Source: Minisyncoccota bacterium | GTDB taxonomy: Bacteria; Patescibacteriota; Minisyncoccia; Phycocordibacterales; DATDWN01 | Direction of reading: 5' to 3' | DNA: 64,000 nt | Assembly: GCA_036517395.1 (NCBI GenBank) | Contig: DATDWN010000016.1 | Location: 11,262 to 75,261 of the forward strand | Shown: piece after piece, positions 36,970 to 46,317 of the stretch | Numbering within the stretch: position 1 is the stretch's first letter | How the letters are laid out: the number at the start of each line of letters is the position of its first letter | Notes under the pieces: model-generated | Databases searched by the model: none | Seen by the model: the letters and a program-made list of their open reading frames with translations, nothing else | What the model was told of the DNA's origin: nothing | Made by a program: the position numbers and the translations under genes

Positions 36970-37702
36970 AAGTATGGACAACAACACACAACAAAATAAT
37001 ATTAAGCAGGATGTTCTAGAAAAAATAAAAACCGGACAAATCCAGATGAAGTCGCGGGCTCGCTTCATTTCCGGTGTGACCGTATTAGTTTGCGTTACGA
37101 TATTGGTTTTTATAATCTCAGCTTTACTCATAAGTTATATTTTCTTTAGTATTTATACGAGTGGTCATTTATTTCTTCTTGGTTTTGGGACAAGAGGTTT
37201 TTACCAGTTTATCTTATATTTTCCATGGCTTCTTCTTGCTTTAGATGCTCTCCTTCTTTTACTTCTTGATTTCTTGTTAAAGCGGTTCAAGTTTGTTTAT
37301 CACCGCCCCGTTCTCATCATATTTTTAGGAACATTATTTCTAATTGCCTTCATAGGTTTTCTAGTTGACTTAACCTCTCTTCATAGAGCTATGATGTATC
37401 GTGCCGAAGAAAGAAATCTTCCGGTTTTTGGAGGTTTTTATGATGGTTTAAGAAAATCACACAGAGAAAGGGGAATTGTTCACGGGGAAGTTATTTCTAT
37501 AAATGGCAGTGAGCTTGTTCTGAGGCGTGACGATTATGATGACTATGGTTTTGCCACTGCCAGTTCTACACTGAGAGTGGTCGCCCCCATTAGCCTAAAA
37601 GTCGGTACATTTTTACAGGTGGGAGATGAAGTCTTTGTGGCTGGAGATATAATAAATGGCGAGATTCATGCTTATGGAATAAGAAAAATAAATACTAACT
37701 GA
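36959..37702 (+). CDS. membrane protein, putative anti-sigma factor partner
   Basis: Overlaps the sigma gene stop; multi-TM. Confidence 0.4.
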   Translation: MKYKSMDNNTQQNNIKQDVLEKIKTGQIQMKSRARFISGVTVLVCVTILVFIISALLISYIFFSIYTSGHLFLLGFGTRGFYQFILYFPWLLLALDALLLLLLDFLLKRFKFVYHRPVLIIFLGTLFLIAFIGFLVDLTSLHRAMMYRAEERNLPVFGGFYDGLRKSHRERGIVHGEVISINGSELVLRRDDYDDYGFATASSTLRVVAPISLKVGTFLQVGDEVFVAGDIINGEIHAYGIRKINTN

Positions 37703-37741
37703 TAAACGAAATAAACTTCTATCCTCTATTGTATATAAGGT

Positions 37742-38119
37742 ATGGCAAACAAAAAATATAGAAAAATGAAGAAGGTTTTATTGGCTAGTGCTAGTACGGG
37801 TATAGTGGCGGGTATGTTTCTACTCGGTTCTGCGCCGGTTTTGGCCGAGAATGTGGATTCTTTTGTGCCAGCTTACACCCAGAATACGCTCAACACGGGT
37901 ATGCATATGATGCATCGTTGGAATTCCACCACAAAAGTAAACGCCTTGGCAAATCGCCTAGGTCTTGATCCGGTAGCTGTAAATTCGGAGCTTAAATCCG
38001 GTAAAACATTGAAGCAGATCTTGCAGGAAAACGGTATAGTGCCAGATCAGTTGCATAAAGTTATCACTACTAAAAAAGCTAGTAATAAAATGTGGAAGAA
38101 TCACAGAAGCTCCTTGTAA
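37742..38119 (+). CDS. small secreted protein
   Basis: Signal peptide. Confidence 0.4.
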   Translation: MANKKYRKMKKVLLASASTGIVAGMFLLGSAPVLAENVDSFVPAYTQNTLNTGMHMMHRWNSTTKVNALANRLGLDPVAVNSELKSGKTLKQILQENGIVPDQLHKVITTKKASNKMWKNHRSSL

Positions 38120-38173
38120 ACCAATTTCAAATCAAATATAATCATCTGGATTAATACTAATTAAATAATATTC

Positions 38174-38713
38174 ATGGATGGAAAAAGAGGGAGCAGTTCT
38201 GTTCTCGTGTGGTCGGTTGTTGTGATTGTTGTAGTTGCAGGTGTTTATGGGATTTTTCGATATACACAAAAAAGCTCTAAAAGCGTAGCTCAAGTGCCAA
38301 TCGATACTTCCCTAGATACTGCTACACAGACTCCACCGATAGAAAATACAGCGACCCAAACTCTGCCAGTAGTTCCGCCTGTCACACCGCCAAAACCAAA
38401 ACCAACTACATTTGTATACAAAAATGCTACATACTCTGCCGACGGAAACTATTTCTCACCAGGAGGTTCAGAGCAGATTGCTGTTAGTGTTACTATAAAA
38501 GACGATGTTGTAACAGCTGCATCTGTAAATGCCAATGCTCCGTCTGGACCAACAGCAGCTAAATATCAAAGTATATTTGTAGATAATTTCAAGCAATATG
38601 TCGTTGGCAAGAAAATAGATGAGATAAATCTGACAAAAGTTTCCGGATCATCTCTCACTCCAAAGGGTTTTAATGATGCTTTAGCCAAAATAAAAGTTGA
38701 GGCCAAAGCCTAG
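38174..38713 (+). CDS. membrane-anchored FMN-binding domain protein
   Basis: 'YKNATYSADGNYFSPGGSEQIAVSVTIKDDVVTAASV' FMN_bind-like (Thr flavinylation context); N-terminal TM. Confidence 0.5.
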   Translation: MDGKRGSSSVLVWSVVVIVVVAGVYGIFRYTQKSSKSVAQVPIDTSLDTATQTPPIENTATQTLPVVPPVTPPKPKPTTFVYKNATYSADGNYFSPGGSEQIAVSVTIKDDVVTAASVNANAPSGPTAAKYQSIFVDNFKQYVVGKKIDEINLTKVSGSSLTPKGFNDALAKIKVEAKA

Positions 38714-38716
38714 GGT

Positions 38717-38804
38717 AATTTACAATTATCAATTTACAATTTCCAATCAATTCTCAATGTTCCAATGATTCAATTTGAAAATTGAGAACTGAAAATTGAA
38801 AATT
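38717..38804. repeat. ~88-bp AT-rich repeat (family D) abutting the apbE ATG
   Basis: ...CAATTCTCAATGTTCCAATGATTCAATTTGAAAATTGAGAACTGAAAATTGAAAATT-ATG; ~95% identical to 41342-41430. Confidence 0.75.
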
Positions 38805-39671
38805 ATGCAATTCGATGCTATTGGTACTCACTGGCAGATAGATATAAATGAAGAGGTGGAGGAGTCAAAAGTCCATAAAGTCAGAAAGTCTATAAAGGAG
38901 AGAATAGATATTTTTGACAAAGACTACTCGCGTTTTCGTGATGACTCGCTGGTGACGAAGATGTCACATGAGTCCGGTGGTTTTGTCTTGCCAAGTGATG
39001 CGGATAAAATGGTTTCTCTTTATAAAAAAATGTACGATATCACGGGTGGGCTTGTCACGCCTCTCATAGGTCAAGCCATATCAGACGCTGGATATGATGC
39101 AAAATATTCTCTCTCACCAAAACCTATGACCAAAGCACCCAAGTGGGAGGATGTTTTAATTTGGCATAACCCCAAACTTATGCTTTCAAAACCTGTCCTT
39201 CTTGATTTTGGTGCTTGTGGCAAGGGTTATCTAGTAGATATAGTTTCTGAAATATTAGAAGGTATTGGAATCAAATCCTACTGCGTTGATGCTGGGGGTG
39301 ACATGAGATGTAGAAGCGCAAAAGTTAAAAGTGAAAAGTTAAAAGTAGGGTTGGAGAATCCAAATAATAAAGAAGAGGTGATTGGTGTCATAAATCTAGG
39401 GAATCAAAGCTTATGTGGTTCCAGCGGCAACAGGAGGACGTGGGCAAATTTTCACCACATCATAAACCCAGAAACACTTACTTCACCTCGTGAAATTTCA
39501 GCTGTCTGGGTAGTGGCAGACGAAACTATCAAAGCCGACATCCTAACCACAGGACTTTTCTTTGTTTCTCCCGAAACTCTCTTAAAACATTTTGATTTTC
39601 AGTATCTTATTCTATATCCCGACTTTTCCATCAAAAAATCCGATGGATTTGATGCGAAAATATTTACGTAA
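38805..39671 (+). CDS. apbE: FAD:protein FMN transferase (ApbE family)
   Basis: 'FDKDYSRFRDDS', 'LDFGACGKGYLVD', 'DAGGDM' ApbE motifs; ATG at 38805 (the track start at 38796 is TTG). Confidence 0.75.
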   Translation: MQFDAIGTHWQIDINEEVEESKVHKVRKSIKERIDIFDKDYSRFRDDSLVTKMSHESGGFVLPSDADKMVSLYKKMYDITGGLVTPLIGQAISDAGYDAKYSLSPKPMTKAPKWEDVLIWHNPKLMLSKPVLLDFGACGKGYLVDIVSEILEGIGIKSYCVDAGGDMRCRSAKVKSEKLKVGLENPNNKEEVIGVINLGNQSLCGSSGNRRTWANFHHIINPETLTSPREISAVWVVADETIKADILTTGLFFVSPETLLKHFDFQYLILYPDFSIKKSDGFDAKIFT

Positions 39672-39715
39672 AAACAAACTGAAAGTGATACCAACAAAAT
39701 CTCCCCTCCTCATGT

Positions 39716-39850
39716 TTCGAGAAAGGCCTTTCGCAGGAGCTTAGAAAATAACGAGGTAATCCGAGATTATTTTCTTGAGCGACGAGAAGTTCGCTGGGCG
39801 AGCTCGCCCAGACAGATTGCCTTTCGAGGAATATGAGGAGGGGAGATTTT
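39716..39850. repeat. long palindromic element (family E): 19-bp perfect arms CAAAATCTCCCCTCCTCAT / ATGAGGAGGGGAGATTTTG around a ~100-bp structured core
   Basis: Seen directly; the core shares GAAAATAACGAGGTAATCCGAGATTATTTTC with 16330-16380. Confidence 0.6.
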
Positions 39851-39871
39851 GTACTGTGATATAATTTTCAT

Positions 39872-41341
39872 ATGAAATTCATGGATAACTTTCTCAATAA
39901 GATAACAATGTACAGGCTGGTTTTGTACGGTCTTTTTGTGCTAGCTGGATTGGCAATTATTTTCGGATTTACGGGAATACTCTCATACTCGGGCCTTAGC
40001 CTTATTTATTCTCTGCTCGTTATTATCGCAGTTTGTGGTGTGGCAAACTATATCTTGGCAAAACTCTTCAAAGTTCAAACAAACGTCGAGTCGGTCTGGA
40101 TTACATCTCTTATTTTATTTCTTATACTTTTTCCCATAGCATCTTGGACCGACTTCGGAACCTTTATTCTCGCCGGTGTCTTGGCAATGGGGTCAAAATA
40201 TATTCTGGCTATAAATAAAAAGCACATATTTAACCCCACAGCTATATCAGTTTTCATACTCGGGCTTTTTGGTTTCGGAATATCTTGGTGGGTAGGGAGC
40301 TCGGTTATGTTTATTCCGGTCGCTGTTCTCGGTTTGCTAGTCCTTCGTAAGATTCGCCGGTTTAGTTTATTTTTCTCATTTCTTTTGGCCAGTGTGGCAA
40401 GTATTTTTGCCGTAGGTTTTTCTCAAGGGATTGGATTTTATGAAATTCTCGGCTCGACACTTATATCAGGCCCAATTATTTTTTTCGGTACGATAATGCT
40501 GACCGAGCCATCGACTACTCCGCCAACAAGAAAGTTACAGATTGTGTACGGTTTGATAGTCGGCGGAATTTTCGGATTACAGTTCCATTTTGGACCAATA
40601 TACTCGTCGCCAGAGCTTGCTTTGATTCTCGGTAACTTGTTCTCATACTTTGTAAGTCCGAAAATTCGCTCGGTGTTGACACTAGTCAGAAAAGATAAAT
40701 TAACGGCAGATGTTTATGACTATGTTTGGCAACCAGACAGAAAGGTATCATTTAATGCGGGACAATATTTGGAGTGGACATTGGGACACTGGCCATCCGA
40801 CAGCAGGGGAAACAGGAGGTATTTTACTATTGCTTCATCTCCAACAGAGGAAAATATTCATCTAGGTGTAAAGTTTTATCCAAACGGGAGTAGTTTCAAA
40901 AATAAATTATCGCAACTTAACGCAGGGGATACTATCGTCGCCTCACAACTCTCTGGCGACTTTGTCCTGCCAGAAAACAAAAACCAAAAACTTGTTTTTA
41001 TTGCTGGGGGTATTGGTGTCACGCCTTTCCGAAGCATGGTCAAATATCTTGTTGATGCCAACGAAAAAAGAGATGTCGTACTTTTTTACTCAAACAGAAC
41101 TCCGGAAGATGTTGCCTACAAAGACCTGTTTGACTCGGCAGGGCAGAGTATAGGATTCAAAGTGATTTACGCTGGGCTGATAGATAAGAATATGATTATA
41201 AAAGAAGTGCCGGATTATACGCAAAGAAAGTTTTATATTTCCGGACCGCATGGCATGGTTGATGTTTTTGAAGGCGTTTTGAAGGATATTGGGGTGAAAA
41301 ATAGCAATATAAAAGTGGATTTCTTCCCGGGATATGTTTAG
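39872..41341 (+). CDS. membrane oxidoreductase: polytopic N-domain + C-terminal FNR-like FAD/NAD(P)-binding domain
   Basis: 8+ TM helices; 'RRYFTIASSP' (RxYS FAD motif) and 'GGIGVTPFRSM' (NAD-binding) motifs. Confidence 0.6.
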   Translation: MKFMDNFLNKITMYRLVLYGLFVLAGLAIIFGFTGILSYSGLSLIYSLLVIIAVCGVANYILAKLFKVQTNVESVWITSLILFLILFPIASWTDFGTFILAGVLAMGSKYILAINKKHIFNPTAISVFILGLFGFGISWWVGSSVMFIPVAVLGLLVLRKIRRFSLFFSFLLASVASIFAVGFSQGIGFYEILGSTLISGPIIFFGTIMLTEPSTTPPTRKLQIVYGLIVGGIFGLQFHFGPIYSSPELALILGNLFSYFVSPKIRSVLTLVRKDKLTADVYDYVWQPDRKVSFNAGQYLEWTLGHWPSDSRGNRRYFTIASSPTEENIHLGVKFYPNGSSFKNKLSQLNAGDTIVASQLSGDFVLPENKNQKLVFIAGGIGVTPFRSMVKYLVDANEKRDVVLFYSNRTPEDVAYKDLFDSAGQSIGFKVIYAGLIDKNMIIKEVPDYTQRKFYISGPHGMVDVFEGVLKDIGVKNSNIKVDFFPGYV

Positions 41342-41430
41342 GAATTTTCAATTATCAATTTACAATTTTCAATCAATTCTCAATGTTCCAATGATTCAAT
41401 TTGAAAATTGAGAACTGAAAATTGAAAATT
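41342..41430. repeat. ~88-bp AT-rich repeat (family D) abutting the msrA ATG
   Basis: Near-identical to 38717-38804. Confidence 0.75.
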
Positions 41431-41433
41431 ATC

Positions 41434-41982
41434 ATGCATACTAAAATAGAAACAGCAATCTTGGGTGGAGGTTGCTTCTGGTGTACGGAGGCAGTTTTTC
41501 AGATGTTGAAGAGCGTGAAATCTGTCGAGCCGGGTTATGCAGGTGGAAATGTATCAAACCCAATATATGAACAAGTTTGCGGGGGAAACACTGGTCATGT
41601 TGAGTGCATAAAAATAGAGTTTAACCCAGAAGAAATTTCATATCGAGATTTATTGACCGTCTTTTTTGGAAGCCATGATCCAACAACACTAAATATGCAG
41701 GGAAATGATATTGGCACTCAATACCGCTCTGTTATTTTTTATACAACGCCAAAGCAGAAAGAAACAGCCGAAAGTTTTATACAAGAATTAAATGACTCCA
41801 GCCCAGACGGTCGACCTATTGTCACAGCGGTTGAACCGCTGGAGAGTTTTTACGTTGCTGAAAACTATCACAAGGATTATTATGAGAGAAATAAAGAAGC
41901 CCCCTATTGCCAGGTCATTATCAATCCAAAATTAGAAAAAGTACAAAAACAATTTGCAAGTCTTTTAAAAACTAATAAATAG
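41434..41982 (+). CDS. msrA: peptide methionine sulfoxide reductase A
   Basis: 'GGGCFWCTEAVF' active site; ATG at 41434. Confidence 0.9.
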   Translation: MHTKIETAILGGGCFWCTEAVFQMLKSVKSVEPGYAGGNVSNPIYEQVCGGNTGHVECIKIEFNPEEISYRDLLTVFFGSHDPTTLNMQGNDIGTQYRSVIFYTTPKQKETAESFIQELNDSSPDGRPIVTAVEPLESFYVAENYHKDYYERNKEAPYCQVIINPKLEKVQKQFASLLKTNK

Positions 41983-42030
41983 AATAAAATCATTCCGACA
42001 TTCTCAAGAATGTCGGAATGATTTACTAAA

Positions 42031-42438
42031 ATGGATATGGATATAGACGAGGAAGAATTAAAAAATAAACTTACGCCAGAGGAGTATGCGGTTTTGAGAG
42101 AAAAGGGAACAGAAACTCCATTTAGCGGAAAGCTTTTACACGATGATAGAAATGGAATGTATAAATGCAAAGTCTGCGGCGCTTCACTTTTTTCATCCGA
42201 TGCCAAGTTTGATTCTGGTACCGGTTGGCCAAGTTTTGATCAGGCCATTCCCGGAAGTGTCAAAGAAGTGAAGGATGACACCCTCGGAATGAGTCGTATA
42301 GAAGTGGTTTGCGCAAAATGTAACTCTCATCTCGGTCACTTATTTGATGACGGTCCAACTAAAACTGGAAAAAGATATTGCTTGAACTCCGTCTGCCTTG
42401 ATTTATCTGCGACGAGAGAGGAGCGCGTGAATGTGTAA
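42031..42438 (+). CDS. msrB: peptide methionine sulfoxide reductase B
   Basis: 'CKVCGASLF', 'CAKCNSHLGHLFDDGP', 'RYCLNS'. The last ~10 codons extend into the 140-bp repeat. Confidence 0.9.
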   Translation: MDMDIDEEELKNKLTPEEYAVLREKGTETPFSGKLLHDDRNGMYKCKVCGASLFSSDAKFDSGTGWPSFDQAIPGSVKEVKDDTLGMSRIEVVCAKCNSHLGHLFDDGPTKTGKRYCLNSVCLDLSATREERVNV

Positions 42439-42590
42439 TCACATTCACAGCGTCCGAACGAGGAGTAACAATGGTAAAAACCCCGCCCCTCTGGGGCGGA
42501 ACAGGGGTCCAGGGCTTGCCATGGGGTTTCATACCATTGATCCGCACACTAATTCTGCCATGGTCCTGTTTTGAAATAATCCTAAAATAA
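42403..42590. repeat. 140-bp structured repeat (family C), copy 2, after msrB; mini-ORF 42471-42590
   Basis: Two substitutions versus copy 1; the one inside the mini-ORF is synonymous (CCC to CCA). Confidence 0.8.
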
Positions 42591-42677
42591 ATATCCATAA
42601 AATTTATTACAGTATATTGTTACAAATTCTGAAATTTAGTCAGGACAAAAAACAATGGCAGATTTAGTGTGCGGATG
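42541..42677. repeat. family A element, copy 3
   Basis: TCCGCACACTAATTCTGCCATGGTCCTG ... CAGGACAAAAAACAATGGCAGATTTAGTGTGCGGATG. Confidence 0.8.
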
Positions 42678-42766
42678 TAGGAGAGTAAATAATTCTTTGT
42701 GCATAACTCCTACCAGTCTCTCGCTTGTTTGATATAATTAAGGATATAAACTAACCCTTAATTATT

Positions 42767-43261
42767 ATGCAATCAATAAACAATTTTCTTTTTTCAAACC
42801 CAAAACTTTCTTGGTTCTGGCTTATTGTTAGAGTTTATGTAGGATATGAATGGATTATGGCTGGATATGAAAAAATAATAAATCCGGCATGGGTAGGGAG
42901 TTCCGCTGGGGGAGCGATAACCGGTTTTGTAAATGGGGCTTTGGCAAAAACTGCGGGAGCTCATCCGGACGTCTCAGAGTGGTATGCTTGGTTTCTAACT
43001 CACGCTGTTTTGCCCAATGCAAACCTCTGGTCTCATGCTGTTGCATACGGCGAGCTCGCGGTTGGTTTGGGTTTGATTTTTGGAGTGCTCACATTCTGGG
43101 CCGCTTTCTTTGGTTTCTTTATGAACTTAAATTACCTTCTGGCCGGAACCGTAAGCACGAATCCAGTTTTGCTCGTTCTCGCTCTTCTCATAATGCTGGC
43201 ACATCGCGTAGCTGGACGTATTGGATTTGATTACTATATATTTAAAAATAGATTTAGTTAG
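42767..43261 (+). CDS. DoxX-family membrane protein
   Basis: 'WLIVRVYVGYEWIMAGYEKI' DoxX-like; 4 TM; flanked by two direct MITE copies. Confidence 0.5.
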   Translation: MQSINNFLFSNPKLSWFWLIVRVYVGYEWIMAGYEKIINPAWVGSSAGGAITGFVNGALAKTAGAHPDVSEWYAWFLTHAVLPNANLWSHAVAYGELAVGLGLIFGVLTFWAAFFGFFMNLNYLLAGTVSTNPVLLVLALLIMLAHRVAGRIGFDYYIFKNRFS

Positions 43262-43262
43262 T

Positions 43263-43401
43263 TTATCCGCACACTAAATATGCCATCGTCCTGTTTTTAA
43301 ATAATATAAAAATAAATATCTTCTAATTTATCACAGTATATTGTTACAAATTATAAAACTAAGTCAGGACAAAAAACAATGGCAGAATTAGTGTTCGGAT
43401 G
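43263..43401. repeat. family A element, copy 4 (same orientation as copy 3, ~85% identical)
   Basis: TTATCCGCACACTAAATATGCCATCGTCCTG ... GGCAGAATTAGTGTTCGGATG. Confidence 0.8.
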
Positions 43402-43483
43402 AATACGAAGAATGGCAGGTCGCGTTGACCTGCCATCTAGGGGATTGACCCTATCTCGGTTTTGTCCCGCCGAGTTGCGGGTG

Positions 43484-44710
43484 TTACTTGTCGGTGCCGG
43501 TCCGAGCCGTCAGCGCCTTGGAACGGCGCTGACGCTTCGGAGTGACCGACATGTTGAACGAGGAGCCCGTCATCGTGATCATACCGGTCGCTTCGTCCAC
43601 CGTGAAGTGGGCGCCGCGATCGAACGTGATGACCCGATCGCCGATGGTGACCGTGGACCGACCCTCCGTCTCCGCTCCCGCACGAATGCGGGCGACGGCG
43701 ATTGAGGGGTGGGGAAGCGCCTGAGGTGCGGGTTGAACCGGTTCCGGTGCGGGCACCGCGACGGCGCGGGCCGTGAACGTGAATCCACTGAGACCCCCGC
43801 CGTAGAAGACGGGGTTCATGCATCCCTGAAGCGACATGAGCTCAGGCTCGCTGCCGTCGGGGAAGTGGAATCGTGCCCTGTACCCGGGTTGCGGTGGGTT
43901 GATCCGGCGCGGACGGGCGCGGTCGGCGTAACCGACCATGCCCTCCCCCGAGATCATACCTTCCTCGACTGGTCCGATGCGTCGGATGTTCTGGCGAACC
44001 GTGGCGGCTTCTGCACCGGGTGTCGCGCGAATGTACTGCGCGACCGCCTGGTCCTGGAAGTGGTTCGTCAAACGCTCCGTCTCCGTCGGCGTGATGCCGC
44101 CGACAACGATTGGAGGACCAGACGTGACCGGATTCTGCTCCAGCTCACGACCCCAGTGTTCACGGGCGTTCTCCTCGCGCTCCCTCGCCATCGCCGCATC
44201 ATGTCGTCTTGCGATGTAATCGCGAAGGAACCAGAGTGCGATGAATGTGACGGCGCCCAGCAGAAGCAGTAGGGAGAACCACAGATAGTTATCGTACCTG
44301 CTCGCCGATGCAGTCGCCGTGGTGCTTTCGGGCTTCTTCTCCTCGGCCGCCTTGACCACGTGGGTCTCGGGCGGGGGAGGTGTCGCCGCCTCGTTCGTGA
44401 TGAACTCGTTCACCGCCATGCCGGCGGGAACACACAACACGTCACCACGCGAATCGTACAGCCATGCGATGGTGTCCTTGCCCTTGCCTGACACCCGGGC
44501 TTGAAGCCCCGGGTTCGTGGCGAGTAGCATATTCCACTTGGGTCCGTATTTCTGGTACAACACGTCGCCGTGCTGGACCGTATAGACGGTTCCGTTGTAG
44601 ATCGCTTTGCAGTTGGTCGCGGTGAGCGGCGTGATGCGGTTGATCGTCTGCGCCGCGGCCGTGACGGCCGAGAGCGCGAGAACGATCGCGAGAGACGTGA
44701 TACGTTTCAT
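43484..44710 (-). CDS. high-GC LysM domain protein with signal peptide and central TM (foreign origin)
   Basis: ~65% GC versus an AT-rich flank; LysM 'YTVQHGDVLYQKYGPKWNMLLATNPGL'; signal 'MKRITSLAIVLALSAVTAAAQ'; TM 'LWFSLLLLLGAVTFIALWF'. Confidence 0.7.
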   Translation of the reverse strand: MKRITSLAIVLALSAVTAAAQTINRITPLTATNCKAIYNGTVYTVQHGDVLYQKYGPKWNMLLATNPGLQARVSGKGKDTIAWLYDSRGDVLCVPAGMAVNEFITNEAATPPPPETHVVKAAEEKKPESTTATASASRYDNYLWFSLLLLLGAVTFIALWFLRDYIARRHDAAMAREREENAREHWGRELEQNPVTSGPPIVVGGITPTETERLTNHFQDQAVAQYIRATPGAEAATVRQNIRRIGPVEEGMISGEGMVGYADRARPRRINPPQPGYRARFHFPDGSEPELMSLQGCMNPVFYGGGLSGFTFTARAVAVPAPEPVQPAPQALPHPSIAVARIRAGAETEGRSTVTIGDRVITFDRGAHFTVDEATGMITMTGSSFNMSVTPKRQRRSKALTARTGTDK

Positions 44711-44824
44711 CGACTGGTCCTTTCAAGTAACATCGCAGGTATCTAGTCCCTAGGGGACGAGCTATACCGCGATTCTGGCGAGTACCATAGCATAGTCTAT
44801 ATATACTGTCAAGCACTTTATTGA

Positions 44825-44893
44825 CCCCAGTAGTAAAGTACCCCGTAGTACAGCAGAGCTGACTACGGGGCAAAGAAGCTCACTACGGGGTAG
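44825..44893. repeat. family B element copy between the LysM island and the DEAD-box gene
   Basis: CCCCAGTAGTAAAGTACCCCGTAGTACAGCAGAGCTGACTACGGGGCAAAGAAGCTCACTACGGGGTAG. Confidence 0.65.
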
Positions 44894-44948
44894 ACATCAA
44901 AGTAGATTTACTGTATAGTGGCCTTATTGAGCCTTCTCATTAAAACAT

Positions 44949-45081
44949 GCATCCCGTTAGAAATCATTCAGTTTGTTAATGAGAATAATGTATTTTAATA
45001 AGGGTCATATTTACTAACACAATATAAATAATAACTACGGAAAGGCTTTAGCAAAAGGCTTTCCTATTTCTAACGGGATGC
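44949..45081 (+). promoter_or_regulatory. 16-bp inverted repeat pair (GCATCCCGTTAGAAAT / ATTTCTAACGGGATGC) whose downstream arm contains the DEAD-box helicase start codon
   Basis: Arms at 44949-44964 and 45066-45081; the ATG is at 45078-45080. Confidence 0.4.
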
Positions 45082-46301
45082 AAACAAGAACATTTAGAAA
45101 ACCTAGCTTTGGGGGTGGGCGGAATCGACCACGATTTTCTGGAGGAGGAAGACCTGTCCGCCGTAGCTTTAGCGGAGGTGGAGGCCATGGACCTAGCAAA
45201 TACATAGACCCCAACAAGTTTATAAACAAAGCGGTCATAACAGAGCAGGCGTCGCATTTTGTGCCCGAGCACAATTTTATTGATTTTGAGGTTGACGCAA
45301 AACTGAAAGCAAATATTATTTCAAAAGGATATTCAACACCGACGCCGATTCAGGATAAAGCAATTCCACATGTTTTAAAAGGACAGGATGTGGTAGGTAT
45401 CGCAAACACAGGTACTGGCAAGACCGCGGCATTTCTCATACCCCTCATACACAAAGTTCTAACTGAGCACAAAGAAAATATTTTGATTGTCGTACCAACC
45501 CGAGAGCTTGCTCTACAGATCGAGGAGGAGCTGACAGGTTTTATCATGGGCATGAAATTGTATTCTACGGTTTGTGTTGGTGGTACTCCTATCGGTTCGC
45601 AAATTCGCGCTCTACGATATAGAAACGAGTTTGTCATTGGAACTCCGGGAAGGATCAAAGATTTGGTTGAAAGAAAGTGCCTTCACCTGGGGCACTTTAA
45701 AACAGTGGTTCTAGATGAAGCGGACAGAATGCTGGACATGGGTTTCATAAACGACATGCGATTTTTTATGAACCTGATGTCGAAAAATCGTCACACACTT
45801 TTCTTTTCAGCTACATGGTCACCAGAAATTGAAAAATTAGTCAAAGAGTTTCTGAAGGATCCGGTTATGATTTCAGTTAAAACACAGGACACGGCCAAAA
45901 ATGTTGACCAAGATGTTGTGCGTGTGGGCAGGGGCGACAACAAGCTTGATATTCTCCACAGCATGCTTATAAAACCCGACTTCAACAAAGTTCTGATTTT
46001 CGGAAGGACAAAACATGGGGTGGAGAAACTAACCTCCCTACTAGTTGCTCGCGGTTTCAAAGCCGAATCGATTCACGGAAATAAAAATCAGTCCGGCCGA
46101 CAGCGCTCTCTCAAACTTTTCAAAGAAGGCAAGGTTCAAGTGCTTGTGGCGACAGATGTAGCTGCAAGGGGTCTCGACATAAGCGATGTCTCGCATGTAA
46201 TAAATTTTGATATTCCCGCAACGTACGAGGACTATGTACACAGAATAGGCCGAACGGGTCGGGCAGGTAAAAAGGGGAAGGCACTGACTTTTGTTGAATA
46301 A
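45078..46301 (+). CDS. DEAD-box ATP-dependent RNA helicase with N-terminal RGG-rich tail
   Basis: Q-motif, 'ANTGTGKT', 'PTRELA', 'DEAD', 'SAT', 'HRIGRTGRAG'; N-terminal 'GGGRNRPRFSGGGRPVRR'. Confidence 0.9.
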   Translation: MQTRTFRKPSFGGGRNRPRFSGGGRPVRRSFSGGGGHGPSKYIDPNKFINKAVITEQASHFVPEHNFIDFEVDAKLKANIISKGYSTPTPIQDKAIPHVLKGQDVVGIANTGTGKTAAFLIPLIHKVLTEHKENILIVVPTRELALQIEEELTGFIMGMKLYSTVCVGGTPIGSQIRALRYRNEFVIGTPGRIKDLVERKCLHLGHFKTVVLDEADRMLDMGFINDMRFFMNLMSKNRHTLFFSATWSPEIEKLVKEFLKDPVMISVKTQDTAKNVDQDVVRVGRGDNKLDILHSMLIKPDFNKVLIFGRTKHGVEKLTSLLVARGFKAESIHGNKNQSGRQRSLKLFKEGKVQVLVATDVAARGLDISDVSHVINFDIPATYEDYVHRIGRTGRAGKKGKALTFVE

Positions 46302-46317
46302 GAACTCAGACTCTTCG

